The notes under the pieces are model-generated. The model worked only from the letters and a program-made list of their open reading frames with translations. It made no database searches and had not been told where the DNA came from. The position numbers and the translations under genes were made by a program. This document shows, one piece after another, positions 1 through 11,885 of a stretch of 64,000 bases of DNA; position 1 is the stretch's first letter; each line of letters begins with the position of its first letter. Source of the DNA: Octopus vulgaris (Eukaryota); contig OX597828.1 of assembly GCA_951406725.2 (NCBI GenBank), positions 64,356,001 through 64,420,000 of the forward strand. Reading direction: 5' to 3'.

Positions 1-277
1 AAATATTAAATAATTCCAGCATTCTGTCATTTTTGATTATTTTGTTATTTTTTCAACCGTTCTGATCATTTTGGCCGCTATGGGTTTTGCAGTAAAACAC
101 TAAATCATCCATAACTTTTGTATTATACTCTCAAATTACACCGAAATCTCAGACAATAACAATTAATATTGCATTTATTCTCTGTGAAAATTATAGAATA
201 TAAAACAACTTTGATAAAAACTTATATCTACTTTTCTGACGAAAACAATGCCGTTCTGAACATTTTGGCCGCAACTG
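1..277. mobile_element. Terminus of a Tc1-like DNA transposon with IR/DR-type terminal inverted repeat (rest lies outside the window)
   Basis: Ends ...TTTTGGCCGCAACTG followed by TA (278-279); the reverse complement CAGTTGCGGCCAAAA is a Tc1-type end. The 22-mer CCGTTCTGA(T/A)CATTTTGGCCGC occurs at 57-78 and 251-272. Confidence 0.6.
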
Positions 278-316
278 TATAATATATATATGTATATATA
301 TATATGTTTATTTATT

Positions 317-373
<57 letters not shown>

Positions 374-374
374 A

Positions 375-1613
375 CATGAGTTGGACAAAATCATGGAAAC
401 ACCTTAAAATTTCAAACAAATTTGTTTTAATATAGGGTAGGACCGCCTTTGGTAGTAATTACAGCTTGAATTCTTTGAGGTATGGACTCGTACAAACTTT
501 GAATTATTCCCAAAGGAATTTTTGTCCATTCTTCAGCTAAAACAGTCTCCAGTTCTTGTAGTGATGATGGTGGAGGATATCGACTCCTTACTTGTTTTTC
601 TAAAATGCACCATAAATGTTCAATAATATTGAGATCTGGGGACTGTGTTAGCCAGATAAGATGTTCAACTTCATTAGAATGTTCCGTCTTCCATTCAATA
701 ACCATTTTAGCTGTGTGAATTGGTACATTATCATCCTGAAAGTTTACGCTTCTCTCCAGAAACAGTTCCGCAACCATAAGATGAATTTGATCAGATAAAA
801 TGCTTAAATAGTCTTGACTATTAATTCTGCCATGAAGGGAAACCATTGGGCTGGCGGATTTCCAAGATATAGCCCTCCAGATCATCACAGATCCTCCTCC
901 ATGTTTAACAGTTGGAAGAAGGCAGTCTGGGTCAAATGCTACTTTTAGCTGTCTCCACACATATACTTGGCCGATGGTCGGAAATAAGGTAAAGTATAAC
1001 TCGTCCGAGAAAATAACATTCTTCCACTGTTCTAGGGACCATGCAACGTTTGCTTTTGAAAGTAGTGGTTTTCTGATTGCAGCCCTCCCGTGAAATTCGG
1101 CTTTGTGCAGATCCTGGCAAACAGCTTTTGTGGAAACTGGGTTCTTGAGGTGGTCATTAAGCTCTGCAGTAATTTTGGGAGATGTATTTTGCGATCCTTT
1201 CTAACAATTCGCGTAACAGTCTGATGGTCCCTATCTGAAAATTCTGGTTTTCTTCCGGGATTTTGTTTCGACAAGGAGGTTTTTCCCTCTTTCTCAAAGG
1301 CTGTCATTACATTCGAGACAGTACTTCTTGATACATTTAACATTTCGGCTGTTTTCGTTACGCTAGCACCTGCCATACGAGCATCAATAATTTGACCTCT
1401 TTGAAAGTCTGATAAATCTGTCATTTTAATGAATTTTAATTACCTTTTCCAGGTGATATCTGAAAAGAAACAGCAATTTTAGCAAAACATATTAAGCAAC
1501 ATTAATAATAAATCAAAAAACATAAAAATAAACAAGCTTTTGATAGTTTTATAGATATTTCAAAATTATGATGCTATGATGCTAGGTGTTTCCATTATTT
1601 TGTCCAACCCCGG
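375..1613 (-). mobile_element. Near full-length Tc1/mariner transposon with DD36E spacing (Incomer-like), decayed
   Basis: 30-bp TIRs at 375-404 and 1584-1613 (26/30 identical), TA dinucleotides at 373-374 and 1614-1615, length about 1.24 kb, internal transposase. Confidence 0.92.
427..1424 (-). pseudogene. Frameshifted Tc1-family transposase
   Basis: N-terminal HTH region MTDLSDFQRGQII...SRSTVS (1032-1424); catalytic part TVKHGGGSVMIW, FQDDNVPIHTAK, SPDLNIIEHLW, KGGPTLY* (427-960); split across frames. Confidence 0.9.
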
Positions 1614-1620
1614 TATATAA

Positions 1621-1666
<46 letters not shown>

Positions 1667-1755
1667 CGTACATACATGTATACATTGTAAATGTATAAAC
1701 ATATATGTTTGTGTGTGCTTGTGTGTAAGTTGTGGAACTATGTGTGAGTGTGCGT

Positions 1756-1799
<44 letters not shown>

Positions 1800-1965
1800 A
1801 TGGTGTGTGGTATGAGAGAGGAGATGGACAATATTTCGAACCGGTTGACCCCGCGAGTGTGTGTTTTATCTTGTCTCCTCTCTCACTCATGCATGACCAC
1901 ACCATTACTTTACAGTCGCCTCATTTAACACTGTTCATTTACCTGAAATACACACACCGGTTCTA

Positions 1966-2061
<96 letters not shown>

Positions 2062-2069
2062 CACCTATC

Positions 2070-2132
<63 letters not shown>

Positions 2133-2269
2133 GGGTGAGAGAGAGACCCATTCTTAACTCTTATTCTCCTCCGTTAGTATTTCGTGTTCCTGTTGCTGGT
2201 GGTGGTTGTTTCTACTTAGTTCTGGAAGTTGTTTTAGTTATTTTTGCTATTTTATGATCTCTCTATCCC

Positions 2270-2330
<61 letters not shown>

Positions 2331-2722
2331 GCGCGTGCACACAATGCAGATATGTGTGTGTATGTCTGTCATTATTCAGTTTATTTCAAGATTTCTTGTC
2401 AAAAGAGAAAGAACCGGTTATGTATGAAACAACAGGGTATGTATGTATGTATGTATGTATGTATGTATGTATGTGTGCGTGTGTATGTGTGTGTGTGCAG
2501 GTTTGTATGTTTTATGCATGTAGTCTCAAAGAGTCTCTCCATGCTCCTGACAAGTTGTTCTGTATAAATTGGAATTCCCGTGCCAGGCAAGGCCAAGCGA
2601 AACTGCTTCACCCTTTTTGCAGTGGAAGGGTCATCAGCTTTGATGGTTTGAAGCTCATTCTGATTGAGGCTTTCTCGACTCCTACAAGGATCCGCCTGCA
2701 ACCAAGCAACTGTTGATGTTGT

Positions 2723-2796
<74 letters not shown>

Positions 2797-2879
2797 CCCT
2801 CTGCATATTTAGCATCGCAAGCAAACACTCGGAGTCTCCGTTGCTGGCTCCTTGCAAGGTGATTATGATTGATTATCAT

Positions 2880-2914
<35 letters not shown>

Positions 2915-3116
2915 GCGATGACGACGACGACGATGATGATGATGATGATGATGATGATGAGCACAGCTACAACGCTGACGACTTGAGACTAATGATGACG
3001 ATGAGAAGGAAAACGACGACGAGTTGTGGATGTTGCCGCTGATGGTGATGATGGTGATAAACTTTAACATCAACAATACCAAACAAAAGATATTCTATAG
3101 AACACAGTAGACTTAC

Positions 3117-3249
3117 CTCCCACCCTCCGCCAGTCTCCTCGCCTTCTCCCCGCCACCGTGACCAATGAATGGCGCCAGCCTTAAGTGTGGCCGGAGTAGG
3201 AGAAAGACACCGCGGGAAGGTGGGGGTGGAGAGGACACGCGATGGTCAG
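3117..3249 (-). other. Candidate exon (or first exon behind a TATA box)
   Basis: Consensus donor GAG|GTAAGT (3117/3116), pyrimidine-rich acceptor ...CCGTTCCATCAG (3250), TATAAAT on the minus strand at 3297-3291, GC-rich unique sequence. Confidence 0.3.
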
Positions 3250-3542
3250 CTGATGGAACGGAGTGGGGAAGGGGTGTGTGTCAGAAGTTGATTTATAATA
3301 GATTTATTAGGGTACGGTTCACTCATTGACAATCAGAAGAGGAGGGTGGGGAGAGAAAGAGGGAGAGGATGAGTTAATGTGAGAGAGAAAAGAAGAGAGA
3401 GAGAGAGAGAAGTAATGTACAATATCCACCAACAGTGACATCAACAACATTGTAAGCCAAAAAAATGAAACGTGACAACTACAACATCAACAATAATTAT
3501 AACAGCATCAGGAACAGCATCAACAATGATACTTCTAACAAT

Positions 3543-3640
3543 AGGCGATGGCGTAGCTGATTAGTAAGAAGTTTACTTCCAAGCCACATGGTGCAGGGTT
3601 CAGTCCCACTGCGCGGCACCTTGGGCAAGTGTCTTCTACC
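3543..3640 (+). mobile_element. 5' part of tRNA-headed SINE (family B, my label)
   Basis: GGGTTCAGTCCC B-box-like motif followed by CACCTTGGGCAAGTGTCTTCTAC, shared with many copies in the window. Confidence 0.75.
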
Positions 3641-6019
3641 AGATAGATATAACTCCCGTCTCGTCCATCTATTTTCTACTCTGACAATACGTTTGATACA
3701 TAAATGTAATTCAATTTGTTCACGTGTCGATGAAGGCGATATTATTTGGCGAAACACCCTGGTAGAAGAGGTTTATCTGGAAATACTTTCTGGACCAGGG
3801 ACAAAGATTTTGTTTTGGTAGACCGGTTACTGGCAATATAAGGCCTGTATGCCTTTCCCCAAAGTATTATCGCCGTTAACAGTAGCACTTCCCGAACTTG
3901 ACACAGTCACCAGTTTTGACGGGTGGGTGATACTCAGTGCCATCGACCTCAGAAGCTGACTGGTACTATGCATCCACCCCCGAAGAATTCAATTCAAATT
4001 TGACCTTGGGGGAATTTGAACTCAGAGCATACAGTGCCGAAGGAAATACTGCAGGCTATTCACAATCGATTTTGGACGGAGGGAAATTATTATTAACAGT
4101 ACTGTATCAGAACTCTACCATTTTTATTGAGGCATCTCAATTCTGCGAAACTACTCAGACACGGATCCTCCACTCAAGCATTCCCGACTCATTCCGTCTC
4201 TCCTTCTTTCACCACCTGCCAGGTGTTCACCCACTTCTAGATCTACATCAACCACCGCCCTAGTTCCTTTATTTTCCGGTCCATCATGTCAATCTTTTAG
4301 AATTACATATCTGTCCATGTATTCTTGGAACCGTCAATTTACAATGAATTTCAATAGAAATGTTGACTACATTGATTTCAGCAGACTCAGAAAGTCTATG
4401 AGAACCATAACGCCATCCCTTCCTAGAGTCTAATCCATTTTGCCGATTTTAATCTAAAGATGAAGAAGATTGTCTGCCGTTGCCCTCTTATCTATGGTGG
4501 ATATAGGTCTACCTGCTCATAATGGCCAAATGCCATTATGAGTACTTCATGTGGTCATCGGTGCTTTAAATGAAATCATAAAAAATAATGAAACCATAAA
4601 AAACCGTATAATGAATTGTCTTTAATCTGGAATTCTAACCACATTGTTTTAAACTTTTATTAAAAAAAAAGTTCTATTTAAAAAAAAACCAACTTATCCG
4701 TCACTCCCGAGCAAGTATGGGTTGGTTATATGTGCCACGCTTTCGTTTTTTTAGGTGTCTGTTTAGTGACAAGCAGACAGAGGTACTGGCACCCGCTTCG
4801 GCCTTCCACTCTTGGCCCAATAATAATGATTAATAATATTACATATTACTATTCATTATTGTTTCGGGGACGCGTCAGCGGAATTGTTAGCGCATCGGAC
4901 AGAATGTGGCATTTCTTCCAACCCCTTACGTTATGAGTTCAAATCCTGTGAAACTGAATTGTGACTTTCCTGCGTTCAGTATCAATAAAATAAAGCACCA
5001 AAATCCAGTATAGGAGTTGATAGAATCAACTCTACCCCTGGTCTTGTGCCGAAATTAGAAAGAATTATTTATTGCTGTATCTTCTTCGAGAATAACCTTT
5101 AAAGGATTTATTTTACATTTACCCGAAGCTTCTACATTTTAAATTTAGTTTTTATTTTGTTCAATTTTATCAAGTTACAAGTTAAAATTAATTTGACTGC
5201 TGCAGTCTCTCAGTTGACGCCATGACTTTCTGATCGCTTTCTGAGATAAATTAATAACCAAAACAAGTCAGCTAAATCCACATCGCTTCGGGTGAATTGA
5301 ACATCGGAGATGCTTTACCTCAGGCAGGCACAACGGAAGCTACTCAGAAAAATTGCAAGCTCTTCTAAACCCATCGCAGTGTCGGCTACCTTTGCGCATT
5401 TTCAGCTGGTATCTCAGGCTCACGAGTGTTTCGCCCCCATAGCATGTACGCTTCGCCTGAGTAAGGCAGTGAGGACGGGATTAGTGTTGGCCTGGAGAAG
5501 AGTTCCGTCTGCGGTCTCTTGTCAGCCGTAACCAACTTGAGCTGGCTTCATCAGACATCATATTCCCTGAACCAACTCCATGTTTCTTCAATGACACCAA
5601 TTCCTGCATGATTGAAGAATTTCCTGTTCTTCAGCATAACACTAAAGATTTCCGTCCAGTTTACTCGACCGACATCTTGAGGAATATATATCAAGCTATC
5701 TAGCTGCACATGCGCATATATGTATGCATGATTGAGTATACGTGTGTGTGTGTGTGCGTGTGTGCGTATGCATGGATATATGAATAACATGCATGTGCAC
5801 GTGCGCGTGTGTATATACATACATGCATATATATATATATATATATATACGTACATCCGTATATATACATATGGCTATAACCATAAAAAAGTATGTGTGA
5901 ATATGTGAATAGATAGACAGACAGACAGACAAACAGATAGATAGATAGATAGATAGATAGATAGGTATGTATGGGTGTAGGTGTGTTTATATATGAATAT
6001 ACATACATGTACATGCATA

Positions 6020-6074
<55 letters not shown>

Positions 6075-6179
6075 AATTTACGCACATACGATGTGTGTGA
6101 ACGTACATACGTACACACACATACACATAGACATATATATAGAGAGAGATAGGGAAAGAAAGAAAGAAAGAAAGAGAGA

Positions 6180-6247
<68 letters not shown>

Positions 6248-6634
6248 TGTGTGTGCGTGCGTGTGTGTGTGTGTGTTTGTGTGTCTGCATTAGTATGTGT
6301 GTTTTCCAGTTGGATGCGGCGGTGCATTAATACATTAATCACCGCCAATGTCTGTTCCATGTGAAAGAGACTTTAAAGAAGAGACACTCAATTTGTCCCG
6401 CCCATTAAACAAACCGACAAAGCTGAGGTAAGCCATGGTTGAACGGCGCCAACCGTCCAGAAAGGGACCACTACCTGTTTGGTTACACCACCACCCCTAA
6501 ACCACTGCCGACATAACAACACCTACCCACATCCACCCACACATCTTTTGACTTCAAAACTCTTGTCCACACTTCATATGAAAATTATGGGGTTGTTTTC
6601 AAAAGAACATTATGTTTTTCATTCTTCGGACTGA

Positions 6635-6817
6635 TTCTTCTTCTTCTTCTTCTTCTTCTTCTTCTTCTTCTTCTTCTTCTTCTTCTTCTTCTTCTTCTTC
6701 TTCTTCTTCTTCTTCTTCTTCTTCTTCTTCTTCTTCTTCTTCTTCTTCTTCTTCTTCTTCTTCTTCTTCTTCTTCTTCTTCTTCTTCTTCTTCTTCTTCT
6801 TCTTCTTCTTCTTCTTC
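6635..6817. repeat. Pure (TTC)n microsatellite, about 61 units
   Basis: Uninterrupted run read directly. Confidence 0.97.
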
Positions 6818-7385
6818 GACCATTTGCCGACCCACATGTTGTTTGTATTTTTCTTCTTCTTTTGTTTACTTATCTTTTCGTCGAAAGGAAAGGCACCGCC
6901 CGTGTCACTCGATGCAGAGTCTCACTCTAAAGGGAGGGAGAGTGGTAAGGCATGCTCAAATCGAAGCATTGCAACAGAGTGGAACTGGTTAAAGTTATCC
7001 ATAGTTCCAGTCGGTGGTTCTATTAAACCAGGCAACGGATTAAGATTGCCACTCAAAGAAGGATTTGAAAACAGAATATAAAGAATTTAACAATTCCTGC
7101 TAATCCAGCTCCCTGGATTGATGCTATTTTACCGAAAGGACGAAGGACAAAAAAAAATCTCGGCAAGAATTGAACTTAAAGAGTCGAAAAAAATATCATG
7201 AGATATTATGCTCGTCACCTCTACCGATTCACCACCCTAAGAAATTTGTTCGACTAAAGGTGGTGCTCCAGCATGGCCGCAGTCAAATGACTGAAACAAG
7301 TAAAAATAATATATACATCCATATATACAAGGGACGAGAGAGAGTGAGAAACATAGAGAGAGAGGAGTGGAAGGTGAGAGAAGGG

Positions 7386-7445
<60 letters not shown>

Positions 7446-7567
7446 AATAGTTAGATAGATAAATAGATAGATAGATAGAAAGATAGATAGATAGAAGATA
7501 GATAGATAGATAGATAGATAGATACATACATACATACATACATACATACAGACATACATACATACAT

Positions 7568-7646
<79 letters not shown>

Positions 7647-7676
7647 CAGATAGATAGATAGATAGATAGATAGATA

Positions 7677-10209
7677 TGTTTCTTTATTAGCCACACAGGG
7701 CTGCACACAGATAGAACAAATTACAAGGTAGAGCTTTTCTTTTGAAGGTTTAAAAAAAAAAAAAAAAAAAAGGAAGAGGGAGTTTCGATCAAAAGGGGTC
7801 GTAAAAGGAGAGAAAGAGGACAAAAAAAAGGGGGTTAAAAAAAAGGGGGAGAGGAAAAAAAATTGATCAATAGGGATCGTTATCACAGAAATGTCAATAT
7901 GAAGTGTAAAGGGGAGGACAGGTGAGGTTTACCCGTGGAAAGAAAAGCCTACGGAAAAGACCACGGTAACCTCGGTCAATGAAGTCACATTTTATATTTC
8001 TTTTCTTTTTTTTTTTTTTTTGCAAATAAGCAACTCTCTGTTTTCGATTTCTGGGTTCATAGGACTATGCTCAAGGTGGCTTCGTCATTCATACGTGCCA
8101 TTCTTGCTACATTCACCCATCTTTTTTTAAAACATTCGCTAGACAAAACTTGCCTCTCTACTCTCACTTTCCTTTTCAAGTGGTACTTGAAGAAGTTGAT
8201 GAGAGATTGACCAGAGAGGAAAGTGTTTGTCTCCAATCCTTTCAGACGCGTCCACCAGATACATTCTTTCGCCATAGCCACAAGGATGATGAAAATAGCT
8301 CTTCCTTCCCGTTTGAAGGAAGGAGGCGTGACAATATTGACGATAGACTCAGCTGATAAACCGACTCGTCCCACACGTGACAGTAGTTGTTCGACATAAG
8401 CCCACAGGTCGGAAATTGTTGGACACTGAACGAGTGCGTGCAGAACGGTTTCGTCGCTCTGACCGCATCTGGGGCAGGTCGGCCCCGTGTTTCTCGAGCC
8501 GTGTCTGTAGAGCTTATCCCGAACGGGTAGCGCTTCTCGGTAGCACTGCCAGGCCAGGGATCTCTGGAAGTTGTCCATGGGCCCTGGCCCGAAAGTCGTC
8601 CTGAACAGGCGGGTCAGGTACTCCTCGTCGACGTCCAGGTTCGCCCCGAGCTCGTCGTCGTACCTCCCCTCCACTAAACCCCTATAGAATGCTTTGGTTG
8701 TGTTGAAGTCACTTAAGGTCGACCCATGGGCTTGCTTCTCCAGGTGCCTAGTCGCAAGCCCATTGACTTTTCCCGGTTGATTTTCGCTCCTGTCACCGCT
8801 TCGTAGTTTTTCAGTGTCTCGCCGACCAGCTCGATGTGCTCGTGGCTAGACACTATGACGGTGACGTCGTCCGCGTATGCAGACACGCTCGTCCCGCATC
8901 CCAATTCTCGCGGGATGCCCCTTAGAGTCGCCAGCTTCCGCAGTAGTGGCTCAAGAGTCAATACGTATAGAAGCGCCGAGAGGGGGCATCCCTGACGGAC
9001 CGAACGTGCAATGTCGAAAGGTCTCGATAGATGTCCATTTACGCGAATTACCGAACGGATGCCTCTGTACAAGGCAGCTATCCAGCCGCGGAAAACGGGA
9101 CCGAAACCAGCCGCTCTCAGGACTGCCACCAAGTATCGATGGTCTACCCTATCAAAGGCTTTCGATTGATCCAAGTTGATCAGGGCCCCACCCATGCCAG
9201 GTTCGTTAACTACCCTGTCTATGATGTAGCGCATCAGATGGAGGTTGTCATGGATGGTCCGGCCTGGCACGGCGCATGTTTGCGCCTTGTCGACCAGTTT
9301 CTCGATGACAAGCGCCAACCTCTTGGCTAGCACCTTGGCCAAAATTTTCAAGTCTGCATTAAGCAGATTGATGGGCCTAAAGTTATCTATTACATTTCCC
9401 TTGTTTAGATCTTTCTTCAGCAGTGTTACGGCTCCTCGGCTCACAAAACCAGGAATGCTCCCGTTTTGCTGCCAGTTGCAGTACACCGCCGCCAAGAGAT
9501 CTCCAAACAAGTCTGGCATACAATTGTAAAGCTCGTAGGGTAGACCATCCAAACCCGGTGATTTGTCCCTCGAGCATTCTGCCATCGCTTCCCGCACTTC
9601 CGCTGCCTCTCTCGCGGCTCCAACACCTTCGTTCCTTAGAGCACGCATCCTAGCTCTGACAGCACATCCTTCGTGTTTGGCGTTGAAGTGTTGGTCGAGG
9701 GCCAACCTCGCCGCCAAAACGTCGGATGCGATGCCGCTTCTAATTGCCTCTTCTAGCTTCTTAACTAGCTCACCCTCTACTCTATTTCTATCTATGGCTA
9801 GTGCTTTGCTGTACCTAATCGCTTCTGCTTTTACTGCTCTCTTGAGGGCAAACCACCATTTGTTGTTGATGATGGCTCCCGTCAAAGCCCTCTTTACTAG
9901 TGTGCTAATCCGTTCTCTGAAAACTTGTCTCGATGGGAAAGACGCGTTTAGTTTCCAGTATCCGGGACCCTGCCTAAGTGTCTTACCTAAGTCTAGCGTA
10001 CATGTCACAAGTTTGTGATCCGTGTAGCTGACTATGTGGAATTGTGGACATCCTATGCTATCTCTATCTACTGTCCTACACAGTATCCTATCTAGATACG
10101 ATCTCGATGACCCGATGCGGTTGCTCCATGTCCACGTTGGCGCATTCGGGTGGTCTAGTCGGAACCTGTCAGACAGTTGAAAGCGTCTGAGCAGGTCTCT
10201 GAGGCATTT
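7677..10209 (-). mobile_element. Tx1/L1-clade non-LTR retrotransposon, 5'-truncated with internal deletions, embedded in (GATA)n
   Basis: APE endonuclease C-terminus (WTW...SYLDRI...TDH, GYWKLN), RT motifs (KSPGLDG, FRPINLLNADLKILAK, LDQSKAFDRVDH, VRQGCPLS, AYADD), CCHC knuckle CPRC...H...C, 3' UTR ending AATAAAGAAACA; (GATA)n on both flanks. Confidence 0.93.
8057..10209 (-). pseudogene. Deleted ORF2 (APE-RT-Zn knuckle) of the Tx1-like LINE
   Basis: ORFs 8713-10008 and 8057-8674 plus in-frame upstream APE remnant; sequence missing between APE and RT and between RT and the Zn knuckle. Confidence 0.88.
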
Positions 10210-10275
<66 letters not shown>

Positions 10276-10388
10276 AAAATCGAGACTTTGGTGAACTAAT
10301 CAGACAAAGGATGAGAATAAATTCGGACGACTTTTTTCTCAATATTCAATGTCTGTACATCACACCAAACACTCTATACAAACACTCT

Positions 10389-10449
<61 letters not shown>

Positions 10450-10480
10450 GGTTTGGAGATGATGTACAGGTATTATATAT

Positions 10481-10582
10481 TAGAAGAAATGAGGTACTCA
10501 GAAATCTGGATGGTTTTATATTTACTGATAAATATCTGTAAATATAAAACCATCCAGATTTCTGAGTACCTCATTTCTTCTA
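10481..10582. repeat. 102-bp near-perfect palindrome within (TA)n
   Basis: TAGAAGAAATGAGGTACTCAGAAATCTGGATGGTTTTATATTTAC(T)GATA, a 2-nt AA loop, then its reverse complement with one T/T mismatch. Confidence 0.95.
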
Positions 10583-10593
10583 TATATATATAT

Positions 10594-10685
<92 letters not shown>

Positions 10686-10704
10686 GTATATATATATATA
10701 TATA

Positions 10705-10841
10705 TGAGATCACCCATGTCGCGTACATGTCGTGGTGATGCAAATGCCTGATGTACCCTTATCAGATGGGTAGTCATGTTGGGTATATTGAGCTTCGTAT
10801 ATTTTACCTCACTGTTACTTTGATGGCATGCACTGCTCTCT
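10705..10841 (+). mobile_element. 3' fragment of dispersed repeat family D (my label); longer copy at 24230-24740 on the minus strand
   Basis: Matches the reverse complement of 24230-24370 (CTTTGATGGCAT..ACTGC.CTCT; TGGGTATATTGAGC). Confidence 0.7.
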
Positions 10842-10866
10842 TATACATACATGCATACATACACAA

Positions 10867-10906
<40 letters not shown>

Positions 10907-11116
10907 CAGGAGATTCCTCGGTTTCCTTCACGAGTCATTTATCGACAAGGTACTTGCCCAAAGTCCCGCGCACTTTGTGGAACTAAACTCCCAAAGACAT
11001 GGTTGTGAAGCGAACTTCTTAACCGCACGAAAATCAGTCTATGACTAATTTATATCATTTTGGAATCTTTTTTCTCGCTTCTCCTCACTTTTCTTCCTCT
11101 TTGTCTATTTTACACT

Positions 11117-11156
11117 TTATTCTGATGAAGAACAATGTTCGAAACATCGTCAGAAA
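11117..11156 (+). ncRNA. Minimal hammerhead ribozyme-like motif with weak stem I
   Basis: CTGATGA(11122)-A-GAAC/AAT/GTTC-GAAAC-ATC-GTC-AGAAA. Confidence 0.55.
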
Positions 11157-11471
11157 TGAATCTGTCCATTTCTGGACACTGAATTAATAACTTGCATCCT
11201 GTCTTCAAGATTTTAATTTTTTGTTTGTTTTGCTCAACGCGCGCGCACACACACACACACGCACACACACACACACGCACACACACACACACGCACACAC
11301 ACACACACGCACACACACACACACGCACACACACACACACGCACACACACAAAGATTGCTCTGTGTGTGTGTGTGTACGTCTGTGTTTGTGTGTACGTCT
11401 GTGTTTGTGTGTACGTCTGTGTGTGTGTGTGTGTGTGTGTGTACGTGCGTGTGTGTATACGCACATATTAT

Positions 11472-11885
11472 CCTTTTATTCTTTTACTTGTTTCAGTCAT
11501 TTGACTGCGGCCATGCTAAAGCACCACCTGTAGTCGAGCAAATCGACTCCGAGACTTATTCTTTCTAAGCCTAGTACTTATCCTATCGGTCTCTTTTGCC
11601 GAACCGCTAAGTTACGGGGACGTAAACGCACCAGCATCGATATCAAACGATGGTGGGAGGACAAACACAGACACACAAACATATACATACATACACACAC
11701 GCACACACACACATATATATATATACGACGGGCTTCTCTCTGTTTCCGTCTACCAAATCCACTCACAAGGTTTTGGTCGACCCGAGGCTATAGGAGAAGA
11801 CACTTGCCCAAGGTACCACGTAGTGAAATTGAACCCGGAACCATGTGGTTGGTAAGCAAGCTACTTACCACACAACCACTCCTGC
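11472..11885 (-). mobile_element. Full-length tRNA-headed SINE, family B
   Basis: Head GCAGGAGTGGTTGTGTGGTAAGTAGCTTGC...GGGTTCAATTTC, CCTTGGGCAAGT core, tail CAGTCAAATGACTGAAACAAGTAAAAGAATAAAAG. Confidence 0.88.

Noticed and set aside
2590-2645. Minus-strand CTGATGA-CCCTT...AAGGG-TGAAG as a hammerhead or SECIS
   Set aside because: No GAAA core or stem I for an HHR, and the helix is too short for a SECIS.
5415-5560. Minus-strand CTGATGA-A-GCC...GGC-GAAAC-ACTC-GTG as a long-loop hammerhead
   Set aside because: The triplet is GUG and stem I does not pair; it could be chance.
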